From: Pristiophorus japonicus
Lineage: Eukaryota
Direction: 5' to 3'
Assembly: GCF_044704955.1 (NCBI RefSeq)
Contig: NC_091997.1
Location: forward strand, 558,001-622,000
DNA length: 64,000 nt
Below the pieces are notes generated by a model. That model saw only the letters and a program-made list of their open reading frames with translations. It was not told the DNA's origin and did not search any database. Both the position numbers and the translations under genes were made by a program. Below are positions 37,443 through 50,548 of this stretch, piece by piece (position 1 is the first letter of the stretch; each line of letters begins with the position of its first letter).

Positions 37443-40400
37443 ACACTATATATTGTCAATTGGTCTCAGCATCTCCGGGCTTGGAAAGAAAAATCAGCCA
37501 AGGTTCCTGCTCATAATTACTATCCAATGACCCTTACTGGAATTTATATACATGCAAACATGGGCAAGGACATGATTAGGTTGAATTGTGATGGCCCCTG
37601 TGGCCAGATAGCTTATAATACTGATAGTCTGGTCTCGCTCATGAAGAATGACCACTTAGCTGAGGTACCAAAGGATGTCTGACACTGTGGAACCCTATCC
37701 CAGAATGCGTCAATGCCTCCGGGAGAAGGAAATCATTGTAGGGATAGAAAGATAACGGAAAACCAAAGAGACGACCCTGAGCTATCCCGAAAGTGGATTG
37801 CCACACAAAACATCAGATGTTGCTGAAAGCAGGAGAAATAGGAAGTTAAGGGTGAAATGTTTGGGATAAACTAATTCAGATAATCACAACACAAAATTGG
37901 ACAGCTCTTTCAAAGAGCCAGCATAGGCACGGCAGGTCGAATGTCCTCCTTCTGTTCTGTTAGGTTCTATCATTCTAAAAATAACAATAAAGATGAGTGC
38001 CTGTAAAAGTCTTCGAGGCAGAAAGATAGAAAATGAGAGAGGTGACAGTCAGGAGGAGTGATCACCAGTGAGAGATAGATCAAGAGAAGGAGAGCGAGGC
38101 AGCTAGAGAGACAGTCAATTAGGGAGAATAACAGATAGTTAGCAAGAGAGAAATATAGAGAAAGGAAGGCAGCCATCGGGAGAGACTCAGCAGAAGAGGA
38201 ATAGAGAGTAAATCAGCCCGTGAGAAACACAATCAGAACAAGACAGTGTACAACACAGAGATACAATAACTGTGCAATAAAACAATTCATTGGTAAGACC
38301 CAACAAGAGGCAAAGGTGAGAGATACGGATTCATTTTTGTGCAAGTTTACATCCATTGTGAATTTTCAACAAAATCACAGTGTAAGTGAAGATGAATGGT
38401 TAGTAGTTATTCTGAGTCCAGTGTCAGAAAGCAATGTGTAACTCACACTCAAATGTTCTCATCAGACAAATATATGCCCCTGACATGTGCTTCCGTGTCA
38501 GCTTGGCTCAACTAGTAGCATGCTCATCCCGGGTTAGAGCATTGTGGATTCTGAGTCCTATACCAGTCCCCTATCCAATCTAGACTATCACTGCAGTGCA
38601 ATGCAGGTACTGAGAGGGGACAGCATTGGTAGATGTGAGATGTTAAACCAAAAGGAGTCTACCTGTTGAAGTGGATGTTAAAGATTTGAAGGGGAGCAGG
38701 GATTTCTCTCTGAGTTCCTGGCCAATATTCTTCCCTCCATCAATACCACCAGGAACAGATTAACTGCTCATTTATCTCACATCTGTTTGGAGATCATTGC
38801 TGCACCAAATGTGCTTTCACCGAAATAACAGGCACTGAATTCTCAAATAAATTCATTGTGTGAAGTATTTTACGATATGATAAGGATTTTCTCCTTAGTA
38901 AATCAGTGGGTAAATTGTGTCACTGAGCCATACAAACTAAGAATTATAAAATCATAGAATGATGCAGCATTGAAGGAGGCTGTTTGGCCCATCATGCCTC
39001 TTTGGTCGAGCTATCTAATTAGTCCCACTCCCCTGCTCTTTCCCATAGCCCTGTAAATTTTCCCCTTCCAGTATTTATCCAATTCCCTTTTGAATGTTAC
39101 TATTGATTCTGCTTCCACCGCCCTTTCAGGCAGTGCATTCCAGATCACAACAATTCGCTGTTTAAAATATGTTTCCTCATCTTGCCTCTGGTTTTTTTGC
39201 CAATCACCTTAAATCTGTGCCCTCTGGTTACCCCCCTTCTACCACTGGAAACAGTTTCCCCTTATTTACTCTATATCAAAGCCATTCATGAATTTGAACA
39301 TCTCTATCAAATCTCCTCTTAACCTTCTCTGCTTCAAGGAGAACCACTCCAGCTTCTCCAGTCTTTCCACATGACTGAATTTCCTCATCCCTGGTAAAAT
39401 TCTAGTAAACCTAGGAAGGTCCCAGGTTCAATCCTTGGTCTGTGATGTGTTAAATTGATCGAAACCGATGTGATTTAGGACAGCACAATTGGCCTCTGTG
39501 TCCCTGTATTTGGAAGGTGGGGGGGAGGAAATCAGATAGAATCCCTATTCCTGATTGATTTTCATGATGTACTAGATTAGCACGTACTCCATCCACATCT
39601 GAAACCTGGATTCAAAATCGCCTCTGACTGGTTGGATGATAGGTCTTCTCTCACTGTTAGTTCCAAGTGCCCTTAGGTAAAATGATTTGGGGCAGTTTCA
39701 GCTCTGTTCTGAGTGGATGCAGCACAAAACTGCACACAAATGAGCAATCTCGCTCACAAAACCACAAGACTGGAACAATTCAAACGCAGTAGGGAGTGAC
39801 TTTGCGAATTTGGTGTTAAGTTGGGACAGAGGGGTTTTATTGTGCGTGTAGCACAATGCGGACGTGTTTGATGCAGACGGCGGGTGAGAAAAGTGCTCCA
39901 TTGCCCAGCACAAGCATCCCTTGCCCTAGCTATAGATCGTAGGCAGCACTCCCCAATCATTATTTTTTTTTATTCGTTCATGGGATGTGACCGTCACTGG
40001 CAAGGCCAGCATTTATTGTCCATCCCTAATTGCCTTTGAGAAGGTGGTGGTGAGCCGCCTTATACAACTGAGTGACTTTCTGGGCCACTTCAGAGGGCAG
40101 TTGAGTCGACCACATTGCTGTGGATCTCAAGTCACGTATAGGCCAGACCAGGTAAGGGCAGCAGATTTCCTTCCCTAAAGGACATTAGTAAACCCAATGG
40201 GTTTTTAACTACAGTCCTGTAGTTTCATGTTCACCATTACTGATACTAGCTTTCTATTCCAGATTTTTTTTTAAATTTCATTAAAATTAAAATTCCCCAG
40301 CTGCCATGGTGGGATTTGAGCTCATGTCCAAGCCTCTAGATTACTAGTCCAGTAACATAACCACTATGCTACCAACCTCATTATGTCACTACAGCAAATC

Positions 40401-40739
40401 TTTATAATGTCCAATGAGACAGAAGTCTACAGAGAAATGTGACTTTTAGATAACCTCTAAGCAACGCTTCTAAACAATAAAACAGGGTAATAAAAGATAT
40501 ATTTGAGATGCTGTTTTTGTACAGATGTCTTCTTTTGTAACATTTATGGGTTGAATAGTGCTGTGCAATATTAATAACAAACACAGTTACACTTCATTGC
40601 TTTACCCACTATTGCAATAAAGGGTTTAATCAATTTGTTTTAAATGGACTACAGAGGAGTTTCATACATATGCAATAATATTTACAACATCATTTCAAGG
40701 CTTTAGCATTCTGGGACAATCTATTGGCAGTACTTCCCC

Positions 40740-42080
40740 TTTCCAGAAAGCATTTGACAAGATGCCACATAAAAGGTTACTGCAAAGGTTACAAGATAAA
40801 AGTTCATGGGATTGGGGGAAATATATTAGCAAGGATAGATGTCTAATGAACAGAAAACAGAGAGTTGAGAGAAATGGTTAATTCTCGGGTTGGCAATCAG
40901 TAACCAGTGGGGTGCCGCAGGGATCAGTGCTGGGGCCCCAACTATTTACAATCTATATTAACGACTTGGAAGAAGGGACCGAGTGTAACGTAGCCAAGTT
41001 TGCTGATGATACAAAGATGAGAGGAAAAGCAATGTGTGAGGAGGACACAAAAAATTTGCAAAAGGACATAGACAGGCTAAGTGAGTGGGCAAAAATTTGG
41101 CAGGTGGAGTATAATGTTGGACAGTGTAAGGTCATGCACTTTGGCAGAAAAAAAATCAAAGAGCAAGTTATTATTTAAATGGAGAAAGATTGCAAAGTGC
41201 CGCAGTACAGTGGGACCTGGGGGTACTAGTGCATAGACATAGAAACATAGAAAATAGGTGCAGGAGTAGGCCATTCGGCCCTTCGAGCCTGCACTACCAT
41301 TCAATGAGTTCATGGCTGAACATGCAACTTCAGTACCCCATTCCTGCTTTCTCGCCATACCCCTTGATCCCATGAAACACAAAAGGTTAGTATGCAGGTA
41401 CAGCAAGTGATCAGGAAGGCCAATGGAATTTTGGCCTTTATTGCAAAGGGGATGGAGTATAAAAGCAGGGAAGTCTTGCTACAGCTATATAGGGTATTGG
41501 CGAGGCCACACCTGGAATACTTCGTACAGTTTTGGTTTCCATATTTACGAAAGGATATACTTGCTTTGGAGGCAGTTCAGAGAAGGTTCACAAGGTTGAT
41601 TCCGGAGGTGAGGGGGTTGACTTATGAGGAAAGGTTGAGTAGGTTGGGCCTCTACTCATAGGAATTCGGAAGAATGAGAGGTGATCGTATCGAAATGTAT
41701 AAGATTATGAGGGGGCTCGACAAGGTGGATGCAGAGAGGATGTTTCCACTGATAGGGAGACTAGAACTAGAGGGCATAATCTTAGAATAAGGGCCACCCA
41801 TTTAAAACTGAGATGAGGAGAAATTTCTTCTCTCAGAGGGTTGTGGATCTGTGGAATTTGCTGCCTCAGAGAGCTGTGGAAGCTGGGACATATAAATAAT
41901 AAATTTAAGACAGAAATAGACAGTTTCTTAAACAATAAGGGAATAAGGGGTTATGGAGAGCGGGCGGGGAAGTGGACGTAAGTCCATGATCGGATCAGCC
42001 ATGATCGTATTAAATGGTGGAGCAGGCTCGAGGGGCCGTATGGCCGACTCCTGCTCCTATTTCTTATGTTCTTATGTTCT
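40740..42080 (+). mobile_element. CR1 LINE with a ~140-bp antisense CR1 tail insert (41235-41370)
   Basis: [20 protein letters not shown]. The insert is flanked by CAT at 41232-41234 and 41371-41373. Confidence 0.9.
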
Positions 42081-44428
42081 TTATTTGCCATTTGTCTGAT
42101 TTTGAGCTGGCCAGTCCAGTTCCGCCCAAAAGTCTCAGACATAAACCAAACACCAAATAACAGTGTTATTTATTTTTTTAAATGCTAGCGCATTTTCCAC
42201 TTCTGTGTTTCGTCACTTATTGAGGCTTATGTTTCAAAGCAAACATTAGAACTTAAACCATAAGCTTATCCCCTGTTGTAGCCTTATTCCACCTCTTGTC
42301 TGGTCCTGACTTTGCAAACTGTGGCAGCTCTGCCCCACTGTGTTGTAAATCACTCTCAATCTATAAGTAGCCGAGTTGGTACTCACTGATTCAGTAGCTT
42401 TGACCTGCTCTCTGTTTCTCCTTCCTACACCAGCAAAGAAATTCCCCACAGTGTCTTGCCTGAATAAACTAAAGCTCATCCAAAACTCTGCTGCCCATAT
42501 GCTACCTCACACCAAATCCATTCACCCTCTGTGTTCGCTGATCTACATTGCCTCCCGGTCCCTGAATGTCTTGATTTTAACATTCTCATCCCACTGTTCA
42601 AATCCCTCTATGACCTCACCCTTCTCTACTCTGTACCCTTCTCCAGCGTTGCAACCCGTCAAGAACTCTGCGTTTCTCCAACTCTGGTCTCTAGTTCATC
42701 CACCACATCCTTGCTCCACCATTGGTGGTCGTGCCTTCAGCTGCCTTGGCCCCAAACTCTGGAATTCCCTCCCTAAACCTCTCTGCTTCTCTACCTCTCT
42801 CTCTTCCTTTAAGATCCTCCTTAGAACCTACCCCTTTGACCAAACTTTTGATCACCTATCCTAATGTCTCCTTCTTTGGCTCGATATCAATTTTTGCCTA
42901 ATTACGCTTCTGTGAATTACTACGTTAAAGGCACTATAGATATGCAACTCCTTCAACTAGGCTAAGATCAGGAATCTGGGGATTCACAAGCACCAATCCT
43001 TGGCCTGCCACTCCTTGCTGAGTATATTTACAGCTATTCCAGTCAACATTCTCCAGTTGGTTTTGTTTGTGGACACCACCAGAAAGCAATGAATACTTTC
43101 TTTATCATACTAGCATTTTCAGAGAGTTAAATATAGAATTATGGAGGGTTAGAAATGAGTGAAAAGGCTATAATTTACTCTAGGGGTTCTGATGGTATCA
43201 AAAACCATGATAGCAGTTTTTAAGTAGTTTATGGATGTTGCCACAGCCCAGAAATTAAATTACAGCCTTCTACTGTCTACCATCTGTGTTTTCTTAAAAA
43301 CAATATACACTGCATCCTCAGTAACATGGTAACGATGCTAATGATCCTTAAAGCATCATTGTCGCCACTAAATATGCCCAGCTAATCTCTTCCTGTGTAT
43401 GTCTGTACGATACACTGATTGCCATGTCTTCAGACAGCTAGGCCCCATGATCTGGAATTCCCATCCCTAAACACCACCACCTCTCCGCCTTTAATTCGGA
43501 GTTCATTTTTGTCTGAGTATAACACTTTCAAATGGCTTGGGAGGTTGTTCTACATTAAAGGTGCTGCAAGATATTGAAGATGTAATTTCCCTGAAAAACA
43601 CCATTGTATAATTTGCATACAGCAAGGTCCCACAAATGGCAGTGAGATACATGACCAGATAATCTGATTGAATGATGTTTGTTGAAGGATACATATTGGC
43701 CAGGACACTTGCTCTCCTTTGAATAATTCCATGGGATCTTTTACATCCATCTGAGAGGGCTTTGGTTTAATGTCTCATCTAAAAGAGGGCCCTTCCAACA
43801 GTGCAGTGTTCCCTCAATACTGCACAACAGAGTCAGCTTGGATCATGTGCCAAAGTGCCTGGAGTGGGGTCTGAATCCACAACCTTTGGACTCAGAAATG
43901 AGTCAAAGCTGACATCTATCAAACAGTTCATCCTAATAACAAATCCTCTCTTCCTGTGGAGAGATGTCTGGTCTCCCCTTGGCAACTAACCTACGTGACA
44001 TGATTGAATTCAGAAGCTCACTGTGTGGAGAGTCACAAAGCAGATCCATCCATCTTTGGGGCAACCTGGAACAGCATTCTAGAAGGTGGCACTCAACAAA
44101 TCATTGGTTGAGATTGTGACATATAGTTAGTGACACTAGCTTATGACATACTCGAAACCCTTGAGGTGTTTGCACTGAGGAGTTAACACTGGTATTAAAA
44201 TAGTGGACTAAATAATATCATACAAAGGTGTTAATCATTCTTCCACTGATATCTTTAATAGTAACTTCTAAGCTCAAACCTATGTTGTGCTTAAATAATC
44301 AATAATTTCCTTATTTATATTAATCTGTATAGATTTCAACTGGCCAGCTAGGGAAGTGGCATGTAGCTCTCTGTCCACTAGAGGACTGTGTAAAGTTAAG
44401 GACGCATTTATTTGTAACACCTAAAGCT

Positions 44429-46556
44429 CTGATTGGGCCTCCTTGATAACAAGTCCTGATTGCTGATTGGTCCTCTTGGAGGATAAGACACACCCCGTAG
44501 GTTCTCTCTGCGAAGTGTAATTCGAGCCATTCTGACTGCCAACTCCAGACAGAACAGAACAGAGCTCACTTTGAACATCATCATAGGCAGTCCCTTGGAA
44601 TCGAGGAAGACTTGCTTCCACTCCTAAAGTGAGTTCTTTGGTGGCTGAACAGTCCAACACAAGAGGCACAGACCTCGTCACAGGTGGGTCAGATATTCGT
44701 TGGGGGAAGGGGGGGTGGGATTGACTTGCTGCCCTCCTGGATGCACTTTCTCCACTTAGGGCGGTCTTCGGCCAGGGCCTGCCAGGTGTCAGTGGTGATG
44801 TCGCACTTCACCAGGGAGACTTTGAGGTTGTCCTTGTAACATTTCCGCTGTCCACCTTTGGCTCATTTGCCATGAAGCAGCTCTGCATAGAGCAATTGTT
44901 TAGGGAGTCTCGTGTCTGGCATGCAAACTAAGTGGCCTGCCCAGTGAAGTTGATCGAGTGTGGTTAGTGCTTCAATGCTGGGGATGTAAGTCTGGGCGAG
45001 GACACTGATGTTGGTGCGCCTGTCCTCCCAGGGGCTTTGCAGGATCTTGCGGAGACATCATTGGTGATATAGCTCCAGTGACTTGATGTGTCTTCTGTAC
45101 ATCATCCATGCCTCTGATCCATACAGGAGGGCGGGTATTACTACAGCCCTGTAGACCATGAGCTTGGTGGTAGGTTTGAGGGCGTGGTCTTTGAACACTC
45201 TTTTCCTCAGGCAGCCAAAGGCTGCTCTGGCGCACTGGAGGCGATGTTGAATCTCCGCATCAATGTCTGCCTTTGTTGACAAGAGGCTCCCGAGGTATGG
45301 GAAGTGGTCCACGATGTCGGGGGCCACGCCGTGAATCTTGATGACTGGGGGGCAGTGCCGTGTGGCGTGGACAGGCTGGTGGAGGACCTTTGACTTGCGG
45401 ATGTTAAGCGTAAGGCCCATGCTTTCATATGCCTCGTTGAATACATCAACTATATCCTGGAGTTCAGCCTCAGAATGTGCGCAGATGCAGGCGTCATCCG
45501 CGTACTGCAGCTCAACAACAGAGGTTTGGGTGATCTTGCATCTGGTCTGGAGATGGCGATGGTTAAACAGCTTCCCACTGGTTCTGTAGTTTAGTTCCAC
45601 TCCAGCGGGGAGCTTGTTGACAGTGAGGTGGAGCATGGCAGCAAGGAAGATTGAGAAGAGGGTTGGAGTGATGCTGCAGCCCTATTTGACCCCGGTCCGG
45701 ATGTGGAATGGGTCTGTAATGGATCCGCTGGTAAGGATCACGGCCTGCATGTCGTCGTGGAACAGGCAAAGGATGTTGACAAACTTTTGGGGGTGTCCAA
45801 AATGGAGGAGGACGCTCCATAAGCCCTCATGGTCGACAGTGTCAAAGGTCTTTGTAAGATCGAAAAAGGCCATGTATAAGGGCTGGCGCTGCTCTCTGCA
45901 TTTTTCCTGCAGTTGTTGTGCTGCAAACATCATGTCCGTTGTTCCCTGTAGGGGATGAAATCTGCACTGTGACTCCGGGAGAAGCTCGTCGGCCACAGGG
46001 AGAAGATGGTTGAGGAGGACTCTAGCAATAACCTTCCCAGTGGTTGATAACAGGGAGATTCCCCTGTAGCTGCTGCAGTCGGATTTGTTCCCCTTTTTAA
46101 AAATGGACATGATCACTGCATCTCTGAGATCTCCTGGCATGCTCTCCTCCCTCCAAATGAGAGAGATGAGGTTATGGATCTGTGCCAACAGCGCCTCTCC
46201 GCCATACTTTAGCGCCTCAGCAGGGATTCCATCAGCTCCTGTAGCCTTGTTATTCTTGAGCTGTTTTATGGCCTTGCCTGCCTCGTGCAACGTTGGAGTT
46301 TCATTGAGGTGGTGGTGGGTCGCATGCTGCGGGATGGAATCAAGAACACTCGAGTCAAAGGCAGAGTCTCGATTGAGGAGATCTTCAAGGTGCTCCTTCC
46401 AGCGGGCCCTGACTGATTGGGTCCCCTTGATAACAAGTCCTGATTGCTGATTGGTCCTCTAGGAGGATAAGACACACCCCATAGTTTCTCTTTGTGAAGT
46501 GTAATTCGAGCCATTCTGACTGCTGACTCCAGACAGAACAGAGCTCACTTTGAACA
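44429..46556 (+). repeat. Direct repeat pair 44429-44577 and 46413-46556 flanking the RTE
   Basis: ctgattggg...gagctcactttgaaca is present on both sides. The copies differ by a few substitutions and one AGAAC unit. Confidence 0.92.
44578..46412 (-). mobile_element. RTE LINE, 1.8 kb, 5'-truncated
   Basis: KATGADGIPAE, YRGISLLS, FDTVDH, LQYADD, FPYLGS and a (GAT)n tail. Flanked by long direct repeats. Confidence 0.92.
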
Positions 46557-49500
46557 GACGGGACTCACTCTCACAGATTAAAACCTTTACCCACCCCCCC
46601 CATAGGAGTTCCTGCCCCACCCCCACCCCCCACCGCCCAAGTTCCTGACCTTCTTCCCCTCTCCCTCTCCCCCTCTCTCTCTCCCCAGTCTCTCACGTTC
46701 TCTCCCCCTCCCGCTCCCTTCCCAGGGCCTTAGAGCTGAAGGCACGACTGCCAATGGTGGAGCGATTAAAATCGGGGATTCACAAGTGGCCAGAATTGGT
46801 GGACCTCAGAAAGTTATAGGGCTGGAGGAGATTACAGAGATGGGGAGGGATCAAAGTCCTGGAGGGATTTGAAAATAAGGATGAGAAATTTAAAATCAAG
46901 GCATTGCTTAACCCAGACAGTTTGAGTGTAGACTGAACTGGATCGATCAAGATGTGTAGCACGAGGAGACAGACAATTCAGTGTTTGGGTTTAGCCAACA
47001 ACAGATTCAAAAAAGTTTCATCTAAATTTTCAGGTGCCAAGTTTATTAGTATTTTTTTTTACAATTTTCTTCCTTATTCAACCGTGTTGCTTGAAGGTAT
47101 TGGAGTGCAATTTCATGTAGCACACATTAAAATCAACTTTGTTCTCAGAGAGTTATCACACACTTGATGCACGATGCACTGCAGCAACTCGCCAAGGCTT
47201 CTTCGACAGCAATTCCCAAACCCGCGACCTCCACCACTGAGAAGGACAAAAGCAGCAGGCGCATGGGAACACCACCACCTCCACAGTCCCCACCGAGACA
47301 TTCATCATCCTGACTTGGAAATATATCACCATTGCTTCATTGTCACTGAGTCAAAATCCTGGAACTCCCTCCCCAATAGCACTGTGGGAGTACCTTCACC
47401 ATGCAGATTGCAGCGGTTCAAGAAGGTGGCTCACCACCACCTTCTCAAGGGCAATTAGGGATGGGCAATAAATGCCAGCCTTGCCAGCGACACCTACATC
47501 ATGCGAATGAACAAAGAAACCTCAAATCTGTCTCTAATCAAATACCTGAAAGTAAATCTCAGGGAAACAGCTCCTCCCAATGGCTGAGTGCGTAAATGCA
47601 TGACTGGTGAAGCACCTGCAGTCCAGAAGATCCCAGTTATGATCAGTGGTCTCGACTGAGTGAGTTGATCTGAGCCACAATTGACCTCAGGCAGGGTTGC
47701 CAACCATCCAGGATTGTCCTGGAGTCTCCAGGAATTAAAAATCAATCTCCTGGATACTGCTGCGAGCAACCCAGGAGAAAATTCATCGGGGCGTTAAAAA
47801 TAATTGTAGTGGGCGACTTTCTAAGTTTGTTGTTAAGACATGTCATTAGGACAGAGGGGTATTATTGTGCATGTGACTATACGATACCTGATGTGGGCGT
47901 GTTTGATGCTGACACTGGATGACAAAAGTGCCCCATTGTCCAAAACTAACATCCCTCAGCCCAGCTATGGATTGTGAGCAGCCCGCCCCAATTGGTGTGG
48001 GAAGGCAGTGCACCATGAGGAGGGACGTATTGGGTGATCAATGGTGGGGGCATGTGTGTAGGGCAGTTGGAGGTGTGAGGTCACGGGCTGAAACGTCCAA
48101 CCAGAGTTGGCAACAGTAGCCTCAGGGCCTCTTTGTAAAGAAAAAAAGAAATAACTACTTGCTTTTCACAACCATCGGATCTCAAAGCGCTTTACAGCCA
48201 ATGAAGTAGTTTTTGGAGTGCAGTCACTGTTGTAATGTGGGAAACATGGCAGCCAACTTGCACACAGCAAGTTCTAACAAACAGCAATGTGATAATGACC
48301 AGATAATCTGTTTTGTTATGTTGATTGAGGGATAAATATTGGCCAGGACACCGAGGATAACTCCCTTGTTCTTCTTCGAAATAGTGCCATGGGATCTTTT
48401 ACATCCACCTGAGAGGGCAGATAGGGCCTCGGTTTAACATCCCATCTGAAGGACAGCGCCTCCTACAGTGCAGCACTCCCTCAGCACTGCACTGGAGTGT
48501 CAGCCTAGATTTATGTGCACAAGTTCCTGGAGTGAGACTTGAACCCACAACCTTCTGACTCAGAGGTGAGTGTGCTACCCACTGAACCACTGCTGACATG
48601 TAAAGGGAAGAATTAACCAGGGTTCTTCCTCTAGATTGTATCCTCAAATAGTTTTTCAGGAATAATGAATTGTTTATCATACCATACGTCCTGAAGCTTG
48701 CTTCGACAGCACCGTAGTCTATGCCACCAAGAAGGACAAGAGCAGCAACGTCAGGGGAACATTATCACTCCAAGTTCCTCTTCAACTCACATACCATCTT
48801 GCCTTGAACATATTATCGCTTCATTGTCACTGGGTCAAAATCTTGGAACTCCTTACCTGAAACCATCTTGGGAGGATCATCACCACAAGAACTGCAGCAG
48901 TTCAAGGACCTTCTCAAAGATCACCACACATTCTCACTATGGTCAGGCAATGAATACAGACTTGTCTGCGTCGCTCACATCCCAAGAAAAATTATTTTAA
49001 AATATTTAAAATCCTACATCTGTGGACACTTCCTGACGACAGTTTGCCATTATAAAATCCTATGCCCACATTTAAAATAGGAACTGCCTATATAAACTTG
49101 CCACGTTGTAATTACACCCTCCCACCATTGGGAGGGGGTGGAGTTTTGTTGTATTTAGACAGCACAGTGCCTGAGGGAACAAACAGTGCTGTAAATCATA
49201 GAATCATAGAAACTTACAGCATGGAAGGAGGCCATTTTGGCCCATCGTGTCCATGCCGACCGACAAAGAGCTATCCACCTAATCCCACTTTCCAGCTCCT
49301 GGTCCGTAGTCCTGTAGGTTATAGCACTTCGAGTTCCCATCCAAGCACTTTTTAAATGTGGTGAGGGTTTCTGCCTCTACCACCCTTTCAGGCAGTGAGT
49401 TCTAGACCCCCCCCTACAATTAAAGATCATAGGGCCTTAGAGAATAGATAGTGTAGTACAAGGCATCAAAGAGTGGGTCTCCTTCATTTTTGTTTAAAAT

Positions 49501-49776
49501 CTGACCTATTTGATGTATTTCACTTAAGAAAAAAAGAACAGCTTCATGTCAGTCTTACTGTTTTTGATCATAAACTACACTACTGACATTTCCTAAGAGT
49601 TAGTGACTTTGATACAAAAATGTATTGGAATTAGTGTGGGTTACCCTGATTCACGCTGAACTGGATGCGGTGTGTGCTATCTCTGGTTCACATTAAGCTG
49701 GATTTAGTGTTTGTGTTATCTTTGACAGATACTGAGATAGATTTGATGTGGTATCTCTGACAAATACTGAGATAGA

Positions 49777-50270
49777 AATGGAAACAGAAAATGCTGGAAA
49801 TACTCAACAGGTCAGGCAGCATCTGTGGAGAGGGAAACAGAGTTAATGTTTCAGGTCTGAGAGCTTTTGTCACAACTGGAAACAGTTGGAGATGTAACAG
49901 ATTTTAAGCAAGTGCAGGGACAGGGAAAAGTGGGAGGGGAGGAAAGAACAAAGGGGCAGGTCTGTGATAGGGTCTCCACCCTCCGGCAGGAGTGATTAAA
50001 GGGCAAAAGATATGAATGTACAAAGCAAAAGGAGATGACAAAGAAACAGAAGATGAGTCGAGACGAGGTGTAAATGGGAACGGCAGAATCACCAACAACT
50101 GTCCTGTGGAAACATAGGGGCAGAGGTTATGGTCTGAAATTGTTGAACTCGATGTTGAGTCCAGAAGGCTGTAAAGTGCCGAATGGAAAGATGAGGTGCT
50201 GTTCCTTAAGCTTACGTCGAGCTTCCTTGGAACAGTGCAAGAGGCCCAGGACAGTGGGAGTGGAACGGAG
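49777..50270 (-). mobile_element. Penelope-like element 3' fragment
   Basis: The minus strand encodes RRKLKEQHLIFPFGTLQPSGLNIEFNNFRP*, typical of the C-terminus of the GIY-YIG endonuclease domain, followed by the terminal-repeat motif. Flanked by ATACTGAGATAGA at 49764-49776 and 50271-50283. Confidence 0.75.
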
Positions 50271-50319
50271 ATACTGAGATAGATTTGGAGACTAAAGGGT
50301 TAAGAGACAAAATATGTGG

Positions 50320-50548
50320 AAAGGCGCCGTGATATATTTTTGTTGGCAGGCGGCGTGGCGTCTTGCTCGGAGAGGGAGGTGCACTGATCTGTGTGTCTCT
50401 ATTGATATCCTGGACTGCAGTCCTCCTCTCACAGACACTGAAGGGTTAACCTTACTACCCACAGCGTGTTTGACTGTCAGCTGACCCTCCAAAGAGGCAG
50501 ACACTGATCTCAGCTCAGTCTGAGCAGTGCTGGGACTTGTTAACCGAG
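50320..50548 (+). promoter_or_regulatory. SCRN2: Candidate SCRN2 CpG promoter and non-coding exon 1
   Basis: CpG/GC-rich patch at about 50320-50900 with a strong donor GAG|GTAAGG at 50548/50549. The next exon has an acceptor only 1 nt before its ATG, so an upstream non-coding exon is required. Confidence 0.6.

Noticed and set aside
38000-38230. Purine-rich tract as a functional element
   Set aside because: Low-complexity AG-rich sequence with no periodicity, ORF or other support.
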